From: a bacterium
Lineage (GTDB): Bacteria > Muiribacteriota > UBA6191
NCBI GenBank assembly: GCA_036339875.1
Contig: JAYZAC010000156.1
Location: 1 to 49,624 of the forward strand
Direction: 5' to 3'
Length of the DNA stretch: 49,624 nt
Positions 20,516-28,341 of this stretch are shown here, piece by piece. The notes under the pieces were generated by a model. The model worked only from the letters and a program-made list of their open reading frames with translations. It ran no database searches and had not been told where the DNA came from. Position 1 is the stretch's first letter; every line of letters starts with the position of its first letter. The position numbers and the translations under genes were made by a program.

Positions 20516-23500
20516 TTTTCAAGTACCTTAATATAGCTAATATTTTTAAGTGATTCATCCTCGATCAACGAATCAGAACAAGGTGATTCTTTTGTTAAAA
20601 TTTTTTCTACAAGAATTCGTTGTAATGATTTAACTAAGTAGGGTTCCAAAGGGAAGGGGTCCTCTTCAAAATTAATGATTAATTCTGAAATTATTCTCAA
20701 TTTCTCATTTGAAATTTGTTCGCTATGTAGAGGTTTTAAAAGTTGTTTCAGAATTTGGAAGCATAGTGCAGAATTGTTAAGATCTCTTGCCAAAGAAAAC
20801 ATATTTTTCAAAGCTTCATATCGTAAATCCTCCTCGAAATCAGAAAGTTTACTTCTGGTTAAACTTATCATTTTGAATGCCTCGCGGGTATAGCCATTTT
20901 CGATGAGAATAGAACAAGCCTTCGAATAGACTTCAATACGCATTTCGGATTGCAAATACTGCTCTAATGCTTTCAATTCGTTAAGAATAGTTTCAAAAAA
21001 TTGATGATTATCAACCTGATTTTCTGCAAAGTCCAACAACAATGTTGCTTGATTATCATAATCATCCAAAGACTTTATAGACCTCAATGTTTCTTCAAAT
21101 TGATCCTTTGAAATATTTTGATCAGAAACTCTTTTAATTAAATATTTGATTCTAACTTCTGGCTCCGTCAACTTTTTCACTAATTCATCAGCTTTTTTCT
21201 GATTTTTTTGCTGAATTAGTATTTCAATCCAGTCTAAAATAATATTTTGCCAGTCTTCAGGATAAGTCGCCGAGAATATAGAACTTAACCTATTTTCAAT
21301 CTTTTTAGAAATACTATTAGAACCAATGGATGTAGCCAATTTTAATACCTCAATTAATACTTTTAATTCTTGGCGTCCGATTGATCTTTTCTCAAATTTA
21401 ATTAAGACATTTTCTAAATAACCGCCGATTTTAGCCTGAATAATATGACCTCGATAATCGTCTAAAGCTCGTCCTACTCGATCTAAATCAAATTCTTCTG
21501 AACTGTTTTGAATCGAAGTGTAAGCCAGAAAACTTTCTCCCAATTCATAACCAATTGATTCATATTTTGATCGAGTCTGAATCATTCTTTGCAAGAATTC
21601 CTGACGAGACTTAAATGACTGATAGCGCAATAGTATCGACTCCGCCATTTTTACATTGCCAAATTCTAAGGCCTCATCCAGTAAAGTGCCTAGAATGTGA
21701 TTCAAAAAATATGGATCCGGTAATTTCTCGAGGGCCTTCAAGACTAGATTGGGATATCCGTATTCGGAGGCCGTCTGCAGCATCAACGTATACTTCGGTT
21801 CTAGTCGATCGAAACTACCTTGAGTTTTCAGACATAATTGCAAGCCTATCTCAAACCATTTTTTAAAGTCGTCGTGCATTGCTCGATCGCCAGCGAAACG
21901 CAATAGAGTTCTGAAAAAGGGGACTCTAAATAATGGCTGTTCTATTTTTTTTATTAGCTGCTCTAGCGACTGAACGAGAATTTTGATGTATTTTTCTTGT
22001 GAGACATTCTCAGCCAGTTCAGATAGATAAAAGCAAGCTTTTTCAGGATCAAAAAACCATCTTGCTAAACTAGCAGCATCATTCGGTCTATTACGTTTTA
22101 TATATATTTTTCCCACTCTTAACATAGCGATCAAGAAATCTTCTCCGCTATTAGATTCTCTGACTACAGGTTCTGGTAAAGTCGAAATTTTTGGTTTTAC
22201 TAAGTTTTGAAGAATCGGATAGGGGACCAAAGTCTTGTTTTTATTTACGAGAGTCAATAATTCTGACATCTGCTTCATGAGTCGGGATTTGAGATCTTTC
22301 TTCATCGTAAGACAAGTCCATTCTGAACCTAAAATAATTTTTTCTTCCAAGTTCACTGGCCATAGATGTAATGATTTTGAAGGGTCAGCGTCTACCTGAA
22401 GTGTAATAAGTCCAGCAGATGACATAAGACGAGTACCAGTAATGCCCATTCGTTTAACCATAGAACTCACTCTTAAAAGTAAATCTAAGGCAACTTGAGG
22501 GTTCCCATTTGCGAAGTTCTGGAATGTATGCGAAATAATTATATTTCGCTGAGAGCCCTCTGGATACTTTTCGATAAGTTGAAGTATGTCATGCGTCAAT
22601 GATGTTGACCATATACTTTTATTGCCTGATATAGCTGAAAGATGACTAAAAAAATTAAGTTTAGATGCCGGTGTATTCAGTTTTTTAAATAGGAATACCG
22701 GTTGCTCCTCAACAGGTAATAAAAAAGAATATTTCAGCGTTTTAGATAATAAACTATCCTGTTGTAGTGGAATTTTTATTGTTGCGAGATGATTTAACAG
22801 ATCTGTTGTGAGTGCGGATGAAAACTTGCTAGGCTTCTTGATTAGTTCTTCGAAATGAATTTGTAGTTTAGAAGGTAAGACTTCTTTTTCAGAAATTGAA
22901 AGTCCACTCTCAGTAGGCTTCAAAGTATTTATGAAGAATTCTAATACTGCTTCATTCTCGGGAACAAAATTATAAGGAAATTTGCGCAGAGGAACAGGAA
23001 ACAAACTAGTATTACGAATCCAAGAACCCTTGTTATATAACTCAGGTAATCCCTCGCAACAAAAATTAATCCAAGTACGACGAAAGGTACTTTCATAATC
23101 TATCGCACAAGCTTTTACAGAGGGTACAATCCAAGCTAAAAGCCTAGCTATTGCTGAGCCACCCGAATGGCCAACCAAACCTATTCTTCTTTTACCTTGA
23201 TAAAGTTTTTCAACTAATTTTAAAATATTGATGCATTCGCGAATTCTGACTCCCATTAAGCTCAATCCGTAACTAAATAGCTTTTGACTAACTTGCACTT
23301 CCTCTAGATTTCGCATTGCGCGAAAATTAGGCAAAACGACAATTGTACCTCTACTTACTAGTTCCTCAATGAAATCCACATCCATGAAATTACTAGCCGA
23401 GCCACCATGACCATGCAAAGCTAAAAGAACTGGGCTTTGTTCAGATGATCTACCCGAGTCAAGAATAGAAACTTCAAATTTACCAACTATTGCATCTTCT

Positions 23501-23844
23501 ATAAAAAATTTTCGCTCCAGATAATTCTTATGATTCTTTTGAAGAAACTCTGTCGCAATAAGACTATTATGCTTGGCAAGCTTTTCAAGCTTTGACATAC
23601 CCAATTTTTCGTTAATCCAAATACTTGGTTCTGCGGGTATTGATGAAGCTTTTACCTTACTCTCTGAAAGCCAAATGGGAAGATTTTTACTGGACGGAAG
23701 GTTACTCTTTTCGAGCAACTTTAATAAACTTGCGTAGGGATCTTGCTCTTCCTCATAAAAACTGTTGAAATCGGTTTTTACTTCAATGGCCTGCAAAGGA
23801 CTAAGCAAGATTGATATCATGACCAGTAACGAGTACTTAAGCAT
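20491..23844 (-). CDS. Secreted protein: N-terminal alpha/beta-hydrolase-fold domain plus long helical region (paralog B)
   Basis: Signal peptide ending LQA; LHGHG, FRAMR, LMGVR, GHSGG, DYxSxFxRxW, CCEGLP; overlaps paralog A by 25 nt. Confidence 0.62.
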   Translation of the reverse strand: MLKYSLLVMISILLSPLQAIEVKTDFNSFYEEEQDPYASLLKLLEKSNLPSSKNLPIWLSESKVKASSIPAEPSIWINEKLGMSKLEKLAKHNSLIATEFLQKNHKNYLERKFFIEDAIVGKFEVSILDSGRSSEQSPVLLALHGHGGSASNFMDVDFIEELVSRGTIVVLPNFRAMRNLEEVQVSQKLFSYGLSLMGVRIRECINILKLVEKLYQGKRRIGLVGHSGGSAIARLLAWIVPSVKACAIDYESTFRRTWINFCCEGLPELYNKGSWIRNTSLFPVPLRKFPYNFVPENEAVLEFFINTLKPTESGLSISEKEVLPSKLQIHFEELIKKPSKFSSALTTDLLNHLATIKIPLQQDSLLSKTLKYSFLLPVEEQPVFLFKKLNTPASKLNFFSHLSAISGNKSIWSTSLTHDILQLIEKYPEGSQRNIIISHTFQNFANGNPQVALDLLLRVSSMVKRMGITGTRLMSSAGLITLQVDADPSKSLHLWPVNLEEKIILGSEWTCLTMKKDLKSRLMKQMSELLTLVNKNKTLVPYPILQNLVKPKISTLPEPVVRESNSGEDFLIAMLRVGKIYIKRNRPNDAASLARWFFDPEKACFYLSELAENVSQEKYIKILVQSLEQLIKKIEQPLFRVPFFRTLLRFAGDRAMHDDFKKWFEIGLQLCLKTQGSFDRLEPKYTLMLQTASEYGYPNLVLKALEKLPDPYFLNHILGTLLDEALEFGNVKMAESILLRYQSFKSRQEFLQRMIQTRSKYESIGYELGESFLAYTSIQNSSEEFDLDRVGRALDDYRGHIIQAKIGGYLENVLIKFEKRSIGRQELKVLIEVLKLATSIGSNSISKKIENRLSSIFSATYPEDWQNIILDWIEILIQQKNQKKADELVKKLTEPEVRIKYLIKRVSDQNISKDQFEETLRSIKSLDDYDNQATLLLDFAENQVDNHQFFETILNELKALEQYLQSEMRIEVYSKACSILIENGYTREAFKMISLTRSKLSDFEEDLRYEALKNMFSLARDLNNSALCFQILKQLLKPLHSEQISNEKLRIISELIINFEEDPFPLEPYLVKSLQRILVEKILTKESPCSDSLIEDESLKNISYIKVLEKCIRFLQN

Positions 23845-23923
23845 GAAATTTAGACTAGCTCCTAACCAAAGATCCTATTACTGTTTCAATTATACACTTT
23901 AGTAAACTGCCGAGGAATTAAAA

Positions 23924-26008
23924 ATGATGCCAGAGAAGGGTTCAAGATTTTTAACAGCCATTCAAGCATTTGTTTTTTGGTTAATTTCTGTGATCTGTCT
24001 AAGTCTGTGGGTATATCTTGTTGAACCTTTTCCTGACCGCGACTCCGTTCACCAGCTCCTTTTTCCTTATTTGAATTCTTTGAGTTTATCTGGATGGATA
24101 AGTTCTGATCCATTGTTTTTGAAGTCCGCTTTTCTTGATACCTATCCGTGGGGTCTGTCACTAATATCTTCTCTTCTCGGTTTTACAGGGCTATGGGAGA
24201 AAGCTTTTCAATATCCATGGCATCTACCAGCCCTTTCACTTATCCCAATAGGAATCGTAGTCTCCATACAAAAATTTAAACTTTCAGAAAAAGTTTTGTT
24301 TTTTGTTATCTTATTTTTCTGCCCATTTGTCCAAATCGCACTCAAGTCATACTCCTACCACGGACTTATTACATTATTGGTATTACCTGGCGCATTGATA
24401 GCGCTTCAAGGAATAGCTACGAAAAATAAAAAACTATTTTGGATGGGTGTTCTAACAATTTGGTACAGCGCTACTCTCAAGCATTTAGGTGCGATTCACC
24501 TGGGCAACTTAATGCTTAGTTATTTTATCTGGAAATTCGTGAAACAAGAGCTAAGATTTGTTGATTTATTTACTGGATTCCTACTCTTACTATTTCTAAT
24601 TCCATTTTATCCAATAGAAGGACTAAGCGATTATATTGGAATTGCTTTTAGTCATAACCCTAAGCTTTCTCCAATGGTAACTCTTTCGGTTCTCTTATTC
24701 GTTGGATTATCGGTTTGGGGAATTCTTTTATGGTCTGCAAGAGGTCGAACTTTACGTCATAAAGTTCGATTTTTTTATAACGGAAGAGGGGTACTGGGTC
24801 TGCTGACCTGTTCAACAGTAATCATTTCTTTTGGTGCCGATCAATATAGTTTTGAACTAATGGGAATCAGTTTTATCTTCGGCTATCTAAGTATTTTTCT
24901 TGCTTTAAGAAAAGTTGAACTTAAAGATCCTTCTGGATTAATGATGTTAGCTATTCTCATAACATTCACACATGGTTGTATACTTTACTTTTCCTTTCTT
25001 GGGCAAATCTTTGCAAATTTCTTTTTACCAGTAGGGTTAGCATTTGCCCAAAGTTTTTATGAGTCGATCAAAACTTTCCGATATGCTTTAGCATGTTTCT
25101 GTTTACTTATTTCAAATTTTGGTCCCGGACTTGATAACGCTGAACATTTATTTTGGGAATGGGGACATCATTATTACACTAGAGGACTTAATGGATTGCA
25201 GCATAATCCTTTAGGTTGGCAGACTAGTACTGTTCTAAAACTACGGAATAGGCTGACCAAAATACTCTTAAAGTTAAATTACTCTGAATCAGACGAACGT
25301 ATTCCTATTTTGTTTAGCGGATTACATTTTCATACACGTCTTCAATTTTTATATCCAAAAAATGTTTGGCAACCATTACCAGAGTTTCATTTGCCTCAGT
25401 TTATTCGTCATGATCGACTCGACATTCTTGCAGACGAATTGAATTCAGAGCTCAAAATGAAAAACTTCATTACAGAAGGAGGTTATCCAGTAATTATTCA
25501 TGGGAGGAGACCATGGACAAATTATCCCGTTTTCAAATTTAATTGTGATTCCTTTCACCGAGATGCAGAAAGTAGAAGATCTAATTGGGAAGAAACTATA
25601 TCTGACTGCATAATTGAAAAAATATTCGATGATCCAAATCTCATAAAACAATACAATTTAGTTGTTCTAAAAGAGGATAAACAACTCCTCAAAGTATATA
25701 TTCATAAAAATCTTATGAGTCCCCAAAAATCACTTTATTTTTTTGGTTTGAAAGAATATGAAGAACAGTGGAAATGGTACCAGAAATTAAACTGGTGGCA
25801 AAAAATTCTATTCCAAAAAGTAAACCCCTCTGAACGTTTATTCCATTTATTTCGTCAAGCGAATGATGAGATGGACCAAGATAATTGGCTTGAAGCATGG
25901 AAACTATTGAAGAAAGGGTTAGAAATTGAACCAGACCATGCTGAAATGCTTAAAGATTTATTAATTGTTGAAGAAGAATTAGGTGTTCGTAAACGTGAAA
26001 CACCATAA
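23924..26008 (+). CDS. GT-C-like/TPR membrane protein (paralog 5)
   Basis: VEPFPDRDS, YPWG, LKSYSYH, KHLG, HNP, SNFGP, RGLNGLQHNPLGW, LHFHT; one TPR-like unit; GAGG RBS. Confidence 0.6.
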   Translation: MMPEKGSRFLTAIQAFVFWLISVICLSLWVYLVEPFPDRDSVHQLLFPYLNSLSLSGWISSDPLFLKSAFLDTYPWGLSLISSLLGFTGLWEKAFQYPWHLPALSLIPIGIVVSIQKFKLSEKVLFFVILFFCPFVQIALKSYSYHGLITLLVLPGALIALQGIATKNKKLFWMGVLTIWYSATLKHLGAIHLGNLMLSYFIWKFVKQELRFVDLFTGFLLLLFLIPFYPIEGLSDYIGIAFSHNPKLSPMVTLSVLLFVGLSVWGILLWSARGRTLRHKVRFFYNGRGVLGLLTCSTVIISFGADQYSFELMGISFIFGYLSIFLALRKVELKDPSGLMMLAILITFTHGCILYFSFLGQIFANFFLPVGLAFAQSFYESIKTFRYALACFCLLISNFGPGLDNAEHLFWEWGHHYYTRGLNGLQHNPLGWQTSTVLKLRNRLTKILLKLNYSESDERIPILFSGLHFHTRLQFLYPKNVWQPLPEFHLPQFIRHDRLDILADELNSELKMKNFITEGGYPVIIHGRRPWTNYPVFKFNCDSFHRDAESRRSNWEETISDCIIEKIFDDPNLIKQYNLVVLKEDKQLLKVYIHKNLMSPQKSLYFFGLKEYEEQWKWYQKLNWWQKILFQKVNPSERLFHLFRQANDEMDQDNWLEAWKLLKKGLEIEPDHAEMLKDLLIVEEELGVRKRETP

Positions 26009-28337
26009 ATCATTACCTACTTTAATCGTTCAGATAATTCCGTTTCTAATCATTTTCTCCGTAGGGTTTATATGGTTAAGTAACTGGATTAAAATCGTAG
26101 ATCCATTTCCTGATCGTGATTCAATAAACCAGTTCTACTTTCCATTCTTAAATTATTTAAAAGCCTCAAAGTTCGTTTCGGCGGAGCCAAGCTTCATAAC
26201 TGAAATTTGTTTTTCGGGAAGTTATCCGTCAGGCTCAGCTATTTTCCCATGGTTAATATCGCTAATTGGTTTACAAGATACTTTTATTGATAACCCATTC
26301 CTGCTTTATACACTTTTTTTATTTTTGATAGCTGCTATACCGTATTACTTTAACCTAAACAATCACTCACGGCTGCAACTGGGCTTGTTAATCTTAGCAC
26401 TTCCTATTGTCCAAATTTCATTGAAAGGCTTTTCCCTGCACACTTTTAATGTTTTATTTGCGGTAATTGCTCTTCTTTCATTCCGCTCCTACTTAGCGCT
26501 AAAAAAATTAAAATACTTAGCTATATTTATCCTTTGTTTCTGGATCTCCGTCATTTGTAAACATTTAGGTGCTTTTTATTTATTTAATTTTGCCTTCACC
26601 TTCTTGATATATTCAATCTACTCTAAAAAAATCGATATAAAAGTACCCCTAGCTTTATTAATTATTAGTATTGCTAGCTTACCTTTTTACCCTCTACAAA
26701 ATCTGAAAGATTATTTGTTAGAAGTGATCACACATAATCCGCACATAAGTCTTTATGAGTTCTTTTCTATTGGATTTATATTTGTAGCAATAGCTACTTC
26801 AATTTTATATTTTATAAGTAAACATGCATCACTAGGACTCAAGCCCAGACTCTGCAAAGGACCTCTGATAAGTTCTATGCTGACAATCTTTGCTGGCTTT
26901 CTATGCACAATCCAATACGATGCCTACACCGGAAATAAGCATGTTATTGTTTTTTTCTTTCTGGGCTATAGCTTTTTGGCATGGTTAATATCGCACTATA
27001 ATCTGAAGAATTCACATGGATTTTTTTATCTATTTTGCACAATCACATACATTAATTCCACATTACTCTACTGCTCATTGATAGGAAAAACCTTCTACAT
27101 TTTCTTTCTACCAATCATACTGATCGCGATTCTGGAGTACTTAGATACCAAAAGCTTGTTAAAACGATTATCTTCTATTTTTCTTGCTTTAATCGTTTCC
27201 AATTTTTTCCCCTCGCTTGAAGAGATTCAAAAAAGCGGTGGCGATAGAGGAGAGGATATCTATGTAAACGCATTCAATTCGCTTTATGTTAATCCGCTAG
27301 GATGGGAAAGATGCGAAATACCAAATCTGAGAAGAGAACTCGTAAAAATATTCAGTACTATCAAAATGAATGAAGTCAGTAATTTTTACATTATTGAAAA
27401 TCTACATTTTCAAACTAAATTAAGCTTAGAATTTCCTGAAAACTTCTTTTATTCTTTTTCTTCAATCTATCGATTAGATGACCTTCCAACAGAAAGGCTG
27501 CTGGAATTAAAAACTAATTTTAATCGTCAACGAATAAATACTTTCTTAAATTGGATAGAAAAAAAACGAGTATCCTTTTTCATTCTAGGTACAAGACCGT
27601 TTACTACAAATATCGAAATTGCACCAAATCTGGAAATTTTTTTCGAATCCCAGACTCACGACATACGATCTTTTGCTGAATCATTAGGCACGGCCTACAT
27701 TCAATATCTGAAAACAAATCAAATTCTTAATAAGTTATATAGCTGTGTAAAATTACCAAACAAAAATCCAAGGCTTAAAATTTGTGTATTAAAATCTGCG
27801 CAATTAAATAATCCAATAGAGCGTCATTGGAATTCTTATCTTCAAAAAATAGCGACTGACTACGAAATGGAGCAAACACGGCCTCTGCCATATTGGATTA
27901 AAAATCTCGACGAGGGAAATCGAGCTCGACTCCTCCAAAAAAAAGCTGGTACGTTATATGGTGAGCTTGAATTGGAAAGTAAATCTTTAAGTTTTGAAAA
28001 AAAAGTTTATCGACTTAAAAAAATCCTAGAGTTAGATCCAAATCACTCCGGAGCAAAGCAAGATCTCAATGGCCTAATAGAAGAATTTAATAACCCTAAA
28101 ATATCTGATGATACCGAAAGTTTTGCAGCTGAAAATACTATTCAAGAAAGATCCTCAGCCGAAAAAATATTTAACCTATTTAAGAAAGCTAATGATCAAA
28201 TGGAAAAAAACAATTGGCTTGAGGCTAGGAAACTATTAAAACAAGGCCTTGAGATCGATCCAAATCATACTGAAATGCTTAAAGACCTTGAAATCGTTAA
28301 TAACGAGTTGAAAAACCTCCAATTAAAGAAACCCTAA
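25983..28337 (+). CDS. GT-C-like/TPR membrane protein (paralog 6)
   Basis: VDPFPDRDS, YPSG, LKGFSLH, KHLG, HNP, SNFFP, VNPLGW, LHFQT; two TPR-like units; start codon uncertain. Confidence 0.6.
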   Translation: MFVNVKHHKSLPTLIVQIIPFLIIFSVGFIWLSNWIKIVDPFPDRDSINQFYFPFLNYLKASKFVSAEPSFITEICFSGSYPSGSAIFPWLISLIGLQDTFIDNPFLLYTLFLFLIAAIPYYFNLNNHSRLQLGLLILALPIVQISLKGFSLHTFNVLFAVIALLSFRSYLALKKLKYLAIFILCFWISVICKHLGAFYLFNFAFTFLIYSIYSKKIDIKVPLALLIISIASLPFYPLQNLKDYLLEVITHNPHISLYEFFSIGFIFVAIATSILYFISKHASLGLKPRLCKGPLISSMLTIFAGFLCTIQYDAYTGNKHVIVFFFLGYSFLAWLISHYNLKNSHGFFYLFCTITYINSTLLYCSLIGKTFYIFFLPIILIAILEYLDTKSLLKRLSSIFLALIVSNFFPSLEEIQKSGGDRGEDIYVNAFNSLYVNPLGWERCEIPNLRRELVKIFSTIKMNEVSNFYIIENLHFQTKLSLEFPENFFYSFSSIYRLDDLPTERLLELKTNFNRQRINTFLNWIEKKRVSFFILGTRPFTTNIEIAPNLEIFFESQTHDIRSFAESLGTAYIQYLKTNQILNKLYSCVKLPNKNPRLKICVLKSAQLNNPIERHWNSYLQKIATDYEMEQTRPLPYWIKNLDEGNRARLLQKKAGTLYGELELESKSLSFEKKVYRLKKILELDPNHSGAKQDLNGLIEEFNNPKISDDTESFAAENTIQERSSAEKIFNLFKKANDQMEKNNWLEARKLLKQGLEIDPNHTEMLKDLEIVNNELKNLQLKKP

Positions 28338-28341
28338 CTCA

